Assembly (NCBI GenBank): GCA_029856125.1
Contig: JAHQWJ010000014.1
Span: forward strand, 159,085 to 223,084
Reading direction: 5' to 3'
Source of the DNA: Promethearchaeia archaeon
GTDB lineage: Archaea > Asgardarchaeota > Lokiarchaeia > Sigyniarchaeales > SOKP01
DNA: 64,000 nt
Below the pieces are notes generated by a model that ran no database searches, was not told the origin of the DNA, and saw only the letters and a program-made list of their open reading frames with translations. Both the position numbers and the translations under genes were made by a program. Positions 48,168 to 57,743 of this stretch are shown one piece after another. How positions within the stretch are numbered: position 1 is the stretch's first letter; each line of letters begins with the position of its first letter.

Positions 48168-49673
48168 CTACAAGGAATCGTGTTTCACAAAAAAGTTAGC
48201 TGCAGCTTCGAGATCCTCATCTGTAAGAGGTCTTGCTAAAGTTTTTTGTAGTTCTGTTATTAGCTGAGAGCATAAATTTATACTTAGTGTGCTTCCACTT
48301 AGCTCAATCATTTCTTGAAGCATTTTTGGATAATTCTTTTTGCTCTCGCTTTCGCTTTGTTCTAGCGTTGGACGTTTCTCTTCGGGGATAACTTCATCTA
48401 TGTGGAGTGTAATGTCTTCTTTATCTATATCTACTGTTTCTGAAGCATCTGATTCTGAAAATAATAATAAATCCTCCGTCTCTTGCTTAACTACTGGTGT
48501 ACGTGATGCCTTAATTGTAGCTTTAGGTACCTCGATTGGGGGCGGTTTAATTTGCGATTTACTAGATGGTAGTGGTTGCACTTGAACTCGTTGCGTAAAT
48601 TGAATTTTTCCTGGCATCTCGAATTTCTTTTTACTTTCGATTTGTTTTCTTAATTCACTTTGTTCGTCGATTTCTTCTTGTATTTTCTCTACTTTTGCCT
48701 TTAATGTAGAGATATAGGTAAAATCTTGATAATTATTTGAAATTTTTATAAGTTCTTTGTATTTGGCAATTGCGAGTATTAAATTCCCCCCGTTTTCAAC
48801 GCTTTCAGCTTCATTAAACAATTCTATAAAATGATGAGGTAAAAGTTTTTTTAAATTGAGGGTTCTAGCGATTAAGAGTTTAATTTTTTCTCGCACTCCC
48901 TTTTCAACTAACGAAATTTCTTCAATATCAGAAATGTTTAGCGCGTTTTTTACGATTTTTAAGTCCTTTTTATTTATCTTATCACGATTATTTCCAAGAA
49001 TAAGGAGCTTGGAGAATTTGCTTTCTTGTTTTTGTAAGTTTAAAAAATGTTCAATAACTCTGATATGATAACTAGATAAATCGAACAATAAAACAACCAA
49101 GTCAGACCCTTGTATAAATTTTGACCATAAAAGTGAAAAATTATCTTTTAATTCAAAATCCCAGAGATCGAACTTCAAATTATCAATAGTGATAACCGAA
49201 GCTTTTGCGAAATTCATAATCTGACGTACTTGGTCGCTCTTTATCATATTAAATAGGTAGGATTTTCCAGAACTAGTTGGTCCAATAATCACAATTTTTG
49301 AATGCATTTGGTGTTGCTGCTCTCTCAAAAAGTCCACAAATTCTCGTTTTTTATCATCTGGATTGCTCACATCTGTCGGATTTGGAAACAATTCATTAAA
49401 CTTTATTATTGTGTTGTCTAATATAGGAGAGATATATTCAAGACTATCAACTAAGTCAGTAATAAATAAAAATAATACATTTTTCTCTGATTTATGGAAT
49501 ATTTGGAAGTTTTCTGAAACAGGTCGGTGAAAGATTTTACCCATCGTAGGCATATCTAGAAACGACTGGATAACCGTTCTAACATTGTTCAATTCTTCAT
49601 CTCCAAGTGCAAGAGCGTATGTATGATTATAAATATTTTTTCCAGAATAAAAAATGTGGATTTGCCGAAGTAT
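48168..49673 (-). CDS. Longin-like domain fused to a degenerate small GTPase (putative ATA start)
   Basis: Frame extends to ATA 49673, 6 nt after GAGGAG, adding (M)LRQIHIFYSGKNIYNHTY; P-loop GPTSSGKS, WDFE and GNNRD. Confidence 0.75.
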   Translation of the reverse strand: MLRQIHIFYSGKNIYNHTYALALGDEELNNVRTVIQSFLDMPTMGKIFHRPVSENFQIFHKSEKNVLFLFITDLVDSLEYISPILDNTIIKFNELFPNPTDVSNPDDKKREFVDFLREQQHQMHSKIVIIGPTSSGKSYLFNMIKSDQVRQIMNFAKASVITIDNLKFDLWDFELKDNFSLLWSKFIQGSDLVVLLFDLSSYHIRVIEHFLNLQKQESKFSKLLILGNNRDKINKKDLKIVKNALNISDIEEISLVEKGVREKIKLLIARTLNLKKLLPHHFIELFNEAESVENGGNLILAIAKYKELIKISNNYQDFTYISTLKAKVEKIQEEIDEQSELRKQIESKKKFEMPGKIQFTQRVQVQPLPSSKSQIKPPPIEVPKATIKASRTPVVKQETEDLLLFSESDASETVDIDKEDITLHIDEVIPEEKRPTLEQSESESKKNYPKMLQEMIELSGSTLSINLCSQLITELQKTLARPLTDEDLEAAANFFVKHDSL

Positions 49674-49863
49674 TTTTATCTCCTCTTTTTCTTTCTTTAA
49701 ACGCTTTAATTATATATATTAAATCTCTCATTAATATATTTTACAATTCAAATTACTTACTATCAGAGAGTTGGTTCGAAACACAATAGAAAAGTTTAGA
49801 ATTGGTGTTAAATGTTATTAAATTGTAAAGTTATGATTTTCTAAACCAAAAACACTCTGAAAA

Positions 49864-50793
49864 ATGCCGCTCCAACCTGAACATATAGCTAAATTCTTGG
49901 ACGAAGACGTAGATGTGAAGTTCAAGACAGAATTACTTGAACTTTTACGAAAGAATATTGATAGACTATGCTTTAAAGAATGTGAAATCGATAGGATTCA
50001 ATGCACTTTGACTCCACTTTGTACGAGAAGAACTTTACTGAAAATCAGATTATTAAGTGGGCTTACAATAGAAGATCAACCAAATTTCTGTTATAGTGTT
50101 CATAAAAATATAATATTTCGAGATTTTAGAAATAAAACTGTAATCTACAAGCCTAACGATGCCTATTTATATCTGATAGATTTCTTTGATGTTTTTTTCC
50201 ATGGAGATTATAGGAAGTTACACCAATTCTTCTCAAAAGGAGATTTTAAAGGAGCAGGCAAGATTTTTAAAGACAGAATAAAGAACAGGGACGAGAATTT
50301 TAGATATCTTTTAACTAAAGATCGCGAGTTTATGTTATTTAAATACGATGAAAAAATCCATGTATGCTTCATAAACGAGAACTATGCGTTATGTAATGCA
50401 AACAGAGAAAATATTACCGATTTGAAACTCTTATTTGGTTTATGTAAACTCTTTTCCCAAATATACTTTCCTGAAGTTAAGTTAAATTTAATTCTGGATG
50501 AACGCGTAGAGATTACAATCTTTATTCCAAAAGAAACGCTTTCTTCCATCAGCAATGAAATACCGGAAAATGAAGATAATAAGCGAGATAACTACATTTG
50601 GAACGATTTTGCTAGTGATTTAGATGTTTTAAGCCAATTTTGTGAAGAAATTAACATATTTATTGACAGAAAGCAAAATTTAGCAATAAAACTAAGCATT
50701 AGTGGAAAAGCAGAAATCCGATACCGAGATTTGCGTTTAGTATTTAACATTCTATTTCGCTTGTATAACGATTTCTACATATTACATATTTAA
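49864..50793 (+). CDS. Hypothetical protein (Cys-containing N-terminus)
   Basis: 309-aa ORF; no family recognised. Confidence 0.75.
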   Translation: MPLQPEHIAKFLDEDVDVKFKTELLELLRKNIDRLCFKECEIDRIQCTLTPLCTRRTLLKIRLLSGLTIEDQPNFCYSVHKNIIFRDFRNKTVIYKPNDAYLYLIDFFDVFFHGDYRKLHQFFSKGDFKGAGKIFKDRIKNRDENFRYLLTKDREFMLFKYDEKIHVCFINENYALCNANRENITDLKLLFGLCKLFSQIYFPEVKLNLILDERVEITIFIPKETLSSISNEIPENEDNKRDNYIWNDFASDLDVLSQFCEEINIFIDRKQNLAIKLSISGKAEIRYRDLRLVFNILFRLYNDFYILHI

Positions 50794-50826
50794 AATTAAG
50801 ATATAACAATAAAATGTTGAGTAAAA

Positions 50827-52065
50827 ATGACCGAAAATAACCAAGATAATTCTGAAATAAATAAAATTAAAGATTTTGTGAAAGATGATAGACTAGATGA
50901 CGCAGTTAAAATAATTGCCTTGTACCTCGGAGATTCGAATCAAGATAATTATTTGGACCGGTTAGAGAACATCATCGAAATGCTACTATCCCTTCTTGGA
51001 GGGAGGATAGTATTAAGATTTTTAATAGAGCAACTCGTAATAGATATTCCTTCATTATTAGAAAATCTCTCAAAACGTGATTCTGTCCTTCGTTATTCGT
51101 TTTTATTACTTTTAAAAACACTTTGCGAGAACGAATGCGATTTGTTTCTCCCCCATAGTGAAGATTTATTAGATTCTCCGGACCCAAATGTTCGAGAAGC
51201 TGACTTGCAACTTATAATTTTTATGGCTGGAGGAGAAACCGATATTGAAGATGAATCACTAGTGAAAAAGATCGTGAATACTCTAACTGACGAAAAAGAT
51301 TTTGTTATTGAGAAAGCTATACAAGCACTAATAACAATTGGCAGAAAGCACCCTTCCTTAATTACAAAAGCAGTTAATAATTTTGTTAAAGAACGTCCCG
51401 AAGATGAAGACTTGAAAACTACCATAGATACAGTGCTTAAATCAGTGGTTACTGTTGAGAAAATTGATGAATTAGTTGAAGATAGCCATAAGGAAGCAAT
51501 GTTGGATGAAGATACTTTAGAAAAGGAAGAAATTGAAATAATTGATAAAGAGTTAGAACTAAAGAAAAAAGAAATTGAAATCAAGAAAAAAAAGTTAGAA
51601 TTACAAGAAAAAGAGAAAGATTTGGAAGAAAAAATAATCCAAGAAAAAGAAAAAACGCTAAAACTTAAAGAAGAAATTCTCGAACAAGAAATTACAGTAG
51701 ATTCTGCAGAACTCCTCCCCAAAAAGGTTAAAAAACAATTGAAAAAAGAAGAATCTGACATCATAGATAAGGAGATTGAGCTCAAGAAGAAAGATTTAGA
51801 AATAAAGAAAAAAAAATTAGAGTTGGAATTCAAAGAACGAGAAATTGAAGAATTAGCTATTCAAGAAAAGGAAAAAGCTTTAAAACTAAAAGAAGAATTA
51901 ATTGAAAAAGAAACAGAACTATCGAATGTAGAAATTGAATTACATCAGAAAATCATCGAGGAAAAAGAACAAAGAATTATGGAAACCGAACTAGAGAGAG
52001 CAGAAGAAAAAATTAAAGGTCTTAAAGATGATAATTCTGATCGCCCTGATGTTGACGAAGAATAG
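50827..52065 (+). CDS. HEAT/ARM-like protein with long charged coiled-coil tail
   Basis: HEAT-like units in the N-terminal half; internally repeated E/K-rich heptads in the C-terminal half. Confidence 0.78.
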   Translation: MTENNQDNSEINKIKDFVKDDRLDDAVKIIALYLGDSNQDNYLDRLENIIEMLLSLLGGRIVLRFLIEQLVIDIPSLLENLSKRDSVLRYSFLLLLKTLCENECDLFLPHSEDLLDSPDPNVREADLQLIIFMAGGETDIEDESLVKKIVNTLTDEKDFVIEKAIQALITIGRKHPSLITKAVNNFVKERPEDEDLKTTIDTVLKSVVTVEKIDELVEDSHKEAMLDEDTLEKEEIEIIDKELELKKKEIEIKKKKLELQEKEKDLEEKIIQEKEKTLKLKEEILEQEITVDSAELLPKKVKKQLKKEESDIIDKEIELKKKDLEIKKKKLELEFKEREIEELAIQEKEKALKLKEELIEKETELSNVEIELHQKIIEEKEQRIMETELERAEEKIKGLKDDNSDRPDVDEE

Positions 52066-52098
52066 TTGAATGATGAAAAATTTACATTAAACCTATCC

Positions 52099-53097
52099 CT
52101 AATTGATTTTATCTTCTGTTATTGGAGCTGTATATAACCGCTTCACAATTTTCCTGATCTCGTTAACCTTAACACTATCTGCAGGTAAACTTTTTTGTAT
52201 GGTCTTAGCGAGTCTATAAGCAAGCTCAATATAACTTAAATCTTCTAAAAATTCAACAATCTGGATTTTATAATCGCTATCCTCTACACCCTCCCCATAT
52301 TCCATTAATTTTTCTTTCAGTAAGAGATCGATCTTATCCGTCCTTTCAATAAAACGCACTTTTTTAACTAGTTGTTTAAAAGAATTAAAAATGTTGTAGA
52401 GCTCTGAACGAGGATAATCATCAATATTTTTTAATATATAGAATATAAAGAGTTCCGCTTTTTCATAGCGTTTGATTCTCAAACTCACTTCTAAGAGTTC
52501 AAGAACTGCTTGTTCGTATAGAAATTTACTTTCTATATTAGGGACAATTTTTTCGAATATCCAATCAATTAAATTAGGTTGATCAAATCTTTCTATAATG
52601 TCAATAAGTAGTTTTACAATAGAAAAATATAACTTAGCATTTTCAGTTTTAGTTCCCGATAAGAACGATACTAAGGCGTATTTAATCCTTCCCATAGCAT
52701 CCTCCATATTAATTGGGGTTTCTGCGAATTTATAAAATGCTGATTCTAAAATTGGTTGAATTTTTTCTCTACTTTTAAAATCGTAGATGAAATAATCAGC
52801 CCAATTCGGAGCAATCTTTTTTGAAGTCGGTCCATCTTTAGTTTTTGGATCTATTTTTTTAGGAGTTTTTGGTTTTGATTCTTTTATTTTTACAGTTTGG
52901 TTTTCCGCTTCTTCCTCTGTTAAGATTTCTAAAATAATCTTATCTTTTTCTTTTGGAACTATTATTCTGAAGAAGGTATCAGTCTCTTCTTTGAATAAAT
53001 TTTCTCTTAGTTCTTTTGGGAAAGTGATACCTGTTTTAGTCTTTTTTAAAATGTCTTCAAAAAAAACTTCTTCCTCTGGTTTTTTATCTTGAGCCAT
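52099..53097 (-). CDS. Hypothetical protein, AbrB/SpoVT-like N-terminus plus helical domain
   Basis: 'GITFPKELRENL...FFRIIV...IILEIL' resembles the AbrB swapped hairpin. Confidence 0.6.
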   Translation of the reverse strand: MAQDKKPEEEVFFEDILKKTKTGITFPKELRENLFKEETDTFFRIIVPKEKDKIILEILTEEEAENQTVKIKESKPKTPKKIDPKTKDGPTSKKIAPNWADYFIYDFKSREKIQPILESAFYKFAETPINMEDAMGRIKYALVSFLSGTKTENAKLYFSIVKLLIDIIERFDQPNLIDWIFEKIVPNIESKFLYEQAVLELLEVSLRIKRYEKAELFIFYILKNIDDYPRSELYNIFNSFKQLVKKVRFIERTDKIDLLLKEKLMEYGEGVEDSDYKIQIVEFLEDLSYIELAYRLAKTIQKSLPADSVKVNEIRKIVKRLYTAPITEDKIN

Positions 53098-53187
53098 ATT
53101 TATTGGTAAGAATAACGGTTTTTTAATTCTATGTGGAATGGAATTAGATTAATAATTTGGAGCTATCTAATAATATATCAAGGCATA

Positions 53188-53781
53188 TCATCCGGTAATG
53201 TTAACTAACTCTACACCCCTAATATCGTAATTTTTATCAATGAAACAAAGAATCGCATGACCTTTATGCATATATACGAGAGGTACGGGGTAAGATTCGG
53301 CGTTTTCTATAAAACTTTTTTTTACGATGATAGGAAGGACAGTATTACACACCATGCATGGTACTTTAAGCTCTTTTACTATATCATAATTATTAAAGTT
53401 CGCAATAATGTCTTCAATATTTTCATTAAATGAGTTAACCATTGTAGTAGAAAAATTACCGTAAGAGATATATGACTCAATATCATATTTTACATTAAAC
53501 TCTACACTCACTTTTTCGATTAAAGCTTCAAGCAATTGGAATTGAACTTTATTATTAGAACCTGCAGTATATATTAAATTGTTTATTCTAATATGCACAA
53601 TTTTCATGTTGCCCTTGAAAATATGGAAAAATATATTACTCACAGGATTCTGCTTAACAATATTCAAGTCTAATATAAAACTTTTATATGATCTTGGAGG
53701 TTTCCATTCAAATATAGTAAATTCGTCAGTACTGATGTTAATAAACTCGAGATTTTGTAATATTTGGGAATATTCGACCAT
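53188..53781 (-). CDS. Hypothetical protein with C-terminal CxxC...HxxH putative Zn site
   Basis: 197-aa ORF containing CMVC...MHKGH...DKNYDIRG. Confidence 0.7.
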   Translation of the reverse strand: MVEYSQILQNLEFINISTDEFTIFEWKPPRSYKSFILDLNIVKQNPVSNIFFHIFKGNMKIVHIRINNLIYTAGSNNKVQFQLLEALIEKVSVEFNVKYDIESYISYGNFSTTMVNSFNENIEDIIANFNNYDIVKELKVPCMVCNTVLPIIVKKSFIENAESYPVPLVYMHKGHAILCFIDKNYDIRGVELVNITG

Positions 53782-53954
53782 TTTTTTAATCAGCTTATGT
53801 CTTTTAACGATATTAATTACTATATTTTCGATAAAAAATAACTCGATTTGATTAAATAATTATTATTTATGATATAAACCTACCCTATTATAATGATTTA
53901 AATATTTGTATTATGTAAGTAGAGAATGTTATTGAAGCAATTTAAAAAAAAAAA

Positions 53955-54302
53955 TTATGAAATCGGATATTTTCCAGACCTTTTTAACTCTCTCATAATA
54001 GCCTTCATGTTGTCTACGGGTAGTTCACGGGGGATTTCACAACCAAATGCTAGCCAAAATCCGCCTCCTGTAGCAGCTATCTTTAATCTTTTAGCGATAT
54101 GGTCTGAAACTTGTTTAGGATCTGTAACCGTAAGTTTATTGTAATTTAGGTTACCCATAATTGTTACTTCTCCTCGTAAAAGTTCTTTAACCCAAGCTAA
54201 ATCAACTTGATAATCAAATTGAATTGCCCCTCCAGGATTAGTTTCTTTTGAAAAGTGTACCCATTGAGGCACGTAACCACATCAGTGAATTAGAGGTACC
54301 AT
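53955..54302 (-). pseudogene. Truncated MtaA/UroD-family gene remnant with in-frame TGA
   Basis: Only the C-terminal third is present: MVPLIH*CG...IMGNL...GGGFWLAFGCEIP...NMKA; TGA at 54282-54284. Confidence 0.75.
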
Positions 54303-54425
54303 TTGAAAAAATCAATAAGAATGTGTAATTATTTAAATCTCCATAAATAAATTAACAAATTTATACAAATGTATAAAAAAGATATTACTATAAAGTTAAA
54401 TGTAATCTACAAATGAGGTGGTTAT

Positions 54426-54839
54426 TTGTCTAAAATTGCTAGAAATATAGAAATTAATACTAACCTTGAGAAAATTTATAATATTTTAACAGATGGAAAA
54501 CAGACAGTAAAATGGAACCCTATTGTAAATGAAATAACACTACTTGAAGAACATAAATATTTACTAAAATCAACAATTGGGGATATGATTATTAATAAAA
54601 TAGAGAGTGTTAAAGACGTCTATGTTAAATGGAGAATGGAACAAAGTGATATGCGTTCAATGGGATATATTTTGGAAGAAAAATTACCAATATCTAAAGT
54701 TGAACTATGGGTTGAATTTGAAGATAAGAAGTTAAAAAAGCAATTCAAGGAAGCTGCAGATTTAACCTTGGAAGGTTTAAAAAAATATATCGAATTTATT
54801 GAAGCTGGGGGCAACATTATAGAGTATAGTAAACAATAA
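54426..54839 (+). CDS. SRPBCC/START-like protein
   Basis: 'IEINTNLEKIYNILTD...KWNP' N-terminus and 'LEGLKKYIE' C-terminal helix; GAGGTG SD. Confidence 0.8.
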   Translation: MSKIARNIEINTNLEKIYNILTDGKQTVKWNPIVNEITLLEEHKYLLKSTIGDMIINKIESVKDVYVKWRMEQSDMRSMGYILEEKLPISKVELWVEFEDKKLKKQFKEAADLTLEGLKKYIEFIEAGGNIIEYSKQ

Positions 54840-54965
54840 ATAGAAGTAACTTATTAATTTTTTATATATTTCATATATTTCTAATCTAATCTGAATTTTT
54901 TTTAATCTAAATCTAATACTAATAATTAAATATATTAGTTTTTAAAAAATAGAAAATTTGAAATA

Positions 54966-55796
54966 ATGAAATTCGCAAAGATTAACGGTTTAAAATTGTC
55001 ATATCAAATTTATGGAACGGGTTTTCCTATTATCTTTATTCATGGATATGGAGCAAAAAAAGAAATCTGGAAAACTCAAGTAGCAGATATAAGCAAAAAA
55101 TTCCAAGCCATCATATTTGACCTCCGAGGAACTGGAGAGTCTGATCGACCTAATATCCCATACACTATGAAAATGCTAGCTGAAGATGTGAAAGGTTTAA
55201 TGGACTTTATTGGTATTGAAAAAGTTCATTTAATAGGTCGTTCTTTTGGTGGAATGATTGCTCAACATTTTGTGCTACAATACCCCGAAAAAGTCGAAAA
55301 ATTAGTATTGATCGCTACTAACTTCGGACGAACTGATACAGATTGGGTCGAAATTCCTAAAAAAGGGCGCCTTGAAGAGATTGAGATGATTAAACACGAC
55401 CCATTGAAAGCTTTTAAGCAAAAATCGCATTGGGTTTTTCACATAAAATTCAGAAAAGAGATGGAAGCTAATCCAGGTAGAACATTTTTTGATATTTTTT
55501 CTATGGAAGATTTAATCAGAGAAAGCACGATTAATCCATCTAAGCCTCAAGATGTAATAAATCAAGCAGAGGCTATGAAAACACACTATACTCTAGAAAG
55601 ATTGCACGATATTAAAAATAAAACGCTTCTGATCGCAGCGTCACACGATCGGCAAACTCCAGTCTCAATTATGGGGGAGATGCATAGAAGAATCCCTAAC
55701 AGCGAATTAAAAGTTATTAATGAAGCAGGGCATTTTATGACGCTTTCAAGAGCTTCGGAAGTTAACGAGATAATTTTAAACTTTTTAAAAAATTAA
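54966..55796 (+). CDS. Alpha/beta hydrolase
   Basis: IHG, DLRGTGES, GRSFGG nucleophile elbow, Asp and AGH. Confidence 0.92.
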   Translation: MKFAKINGLKLSYQIYGTGFPIIFIHGYGAKKEIWKTQVADISKKFQAIIFDLRGTGESDRPNIPYTMKMLAEDVKGLMDFIGIEKVHLIGRSFGGMIAQHFVLQYPEKVEKLVLIATNFGRTDTDWVEIPKKGRLEEIEMIKHDPLKAFKQKSHWVFHIKFRKEMEANPGRTFFDIFSMEDLIRESTINPSKPQDVINQAEAMKTHYTLERLHDIKNKTLLIAASHDRQTPVSIMGEMHRRIPNSELKVINEAGHFMTLSRASEVNEIILNFLKN

Positions 55797-55909
55797 AAAT
55801 TCTTAATTATTCTAATTATTTTTTAAGTTTTTTTTCTATGGTAAATAAATAGATATTTATATTCTAAGAATAAAATTGTATATTATTCAATTCTATTAAT
55901 ATTAATTTT

Positions 55910-57610
55910 GTGTTTAAAATGAAGGATTATTCAGATTGGGAACCGGTTTACGATTATGAAAACGAATCTCCGTATCTTGAAAAAACTAATCGCCCATGGC
56001 TAAAATACAGAGCTCCTAACGTCCCTAAATCAATAAAATTCGATCCAATTCCGGTTCACGAGCTTATAGGATTAACTGCTAAGAACTATCCAAATAATGT
56101 TTGTGTTCATCATAAATCAACTGATAAAAAATATACTTTTCGCGAGTTAACTTATATTTCAGACAAAATATCTAACGCATTATATCAGTTAGGAACAAAA
56201 AAAGGTGATGCTGTAGGTATCATGACGGGTAATTGCCCTGAATTCTTATTTTGTTGCCTTGGAATTATGAAAACTGGCGCTATCGTCATACCAATTAATC
56301 CGTTACTTAAGGAAGCGGATGTGTCTCACATAATCAAAGAAACTGAAAATGTAAAAACTGTTTTTGTTCACAAAAAAAATTTTAGAACAATGAAAAAAGC
56401 ACAAAAAGATGTGATGGTAGAAAATATAATCCTTTTAGAAGCAGACATCGCTAAAGAAGGAACTATAACTTTGGAGGAGTTTATCGAAGGTATAGCACCC
56501 ATACGACCAGATGTAGATATAGACCCCTCTAACGATCTTGCTGCTCTTTTATTTACTGGTGGAACTACGGGATTACCAAAAGGCGTAATGTTAACTCACA
56601 CGAATCTAGTTTCCTGCACGCTCTCAACTTTATTAATGTCTGGTGAACAAGAAGAGGGAGAAGATAATTTCGGTAAAACAGTAAACTTATCTGTTATACC
56701 TTTGTGCCATTCTTTTGGATTTTTAGTAATGATTATAGCAGTTTTCGGAGCGGCAATGGTAGTAATGTTTCCCTCATTTAACGCTTCTGTAGTTTTGGAA
56801 GCAATTGAGTATTATAAAGTTACAAATTATGTTGGAGTTCCGGTTATGTATCAAATGTTAATTAATAATCCAGACTTCACAGAACGAGATCTTTCTAGTC
56901 TTGAGGAAGCAAATTCAGGTTCAGCCGCGTTACCTCCAGAATTAGCTAAGAAATGGGAAGATGTTGTTGGAATTAAGGTGGGACAAGGCTTTGGGTTAAC
57001 GGAGACTTCACCCATTACTCACACGGCAGCTAAATGGATGCCAGAGATCCGTTCTGAAAGCATTGGCGTTCCGATAATTGATACTGACGCTAAGATTGTT
57101 AATCCTGATACTTTAAAAGAATTAGGACCTAATGAAATTGGAGAATTATTAATAAAAGGACCTCAAGTAATGAAAGGATATTGGAAAAGTCCTGAAGAAA
57201 CAAAGAAAACGATTATCGATGGTTGGTTAAGAACAGGAGATTTAGCGCGGATGGATGAACTAGGATATTTTTATATTGAAGGGCGCTCTAAAGACATCAT
57301 TAAATATAAAGGGTATAAAGTAATGCCGCGTGAAGTCGAAGAAAAATTATATGAACACCCAGCAATTCTCGAAGCTGGTGTTGTTTCGGCACCTGATCCA
57401 AACATTGGAGAAACTATTAAAGCGTTTGTAGTTTTAAAACCAGATTATAAGGATAGCGGTATAACTGAGAGAGATATTATTGAATGGGCTAAAGAAAAAT
57501 TAGCTGGCTATAAATACCCTCGTCAGATAGAATTTTTAAATATATTACCGAGAACTTCAGTAGGTAAAATATTTAGAAGAAAATTAAGAGAAAAGACTGT
57601 AAAAGAGTAA
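55910..57610 (+). CDS. Long-chain fatty acid--CoA ligase (AMP-binding)
   Basis: FTGGTTGLPKG, QGFGLTET, GPQVMKGYW, RTGD and LPRTSVGK motifs. Confidence 0.93.
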   Translation: MFKMKDYSDWEPVYDYENESPYLEKTNRPWLKYRAPNVPKSIKFDPIPVHELIGLTAKNYPNNVCVHHKSTDKKYTFRELTYISDKISNALYQLGTKKGDAVGIMTGNCPEFLFCCLGIMKTGAIVIPINPLLKEADVSHIIKETENVKTVFVHKKNFRTMKKAQKDVMVENIILLEADIAKEGTITLEEFIEGIAPIRPDVDIDPSNDLAALLFTGGTTGLPKGVMLTHTNLVSCTLSTLLMSGEQEEGEDNFGKTVNLSVIPLCHSFGFLVMIIAVFGAAMVVMFPSFNASVVLEAIEYYKVTNYVGVPVMYQMLINNPDFTERDLSSLEEANSGSAALPPELAKKWEDVVGIKVGQGFGLTETSPITHTAAKWMPEIRSESIGVPIIDTDAKIVNPDTLKELGPNEIGELLIKGPQVMKGYWKSPEETKKTIIDGWLRTGDLARMDELGYFYIEGRSKDIIKYKGYKVMPREVEEKLYEHPAILEAGVVSAPDPNIGETIKAFVVLKPDYKDSGITERDIIEWAKEKLAGYKYPRQIEFLNILPRTSVGKIFRRKLREKTVKE

Positions 57611-57743
57611 TATATTCAGCTTACACTTAAAATTAGTTTAGTTTTTTTACCTTAAACTTAATTTACACTTTATATATGTGTAGCTACCTTATTTTATAAT
57701 ATAAATATATATTATATATATATATAAAATTTAATTTTTTAAT

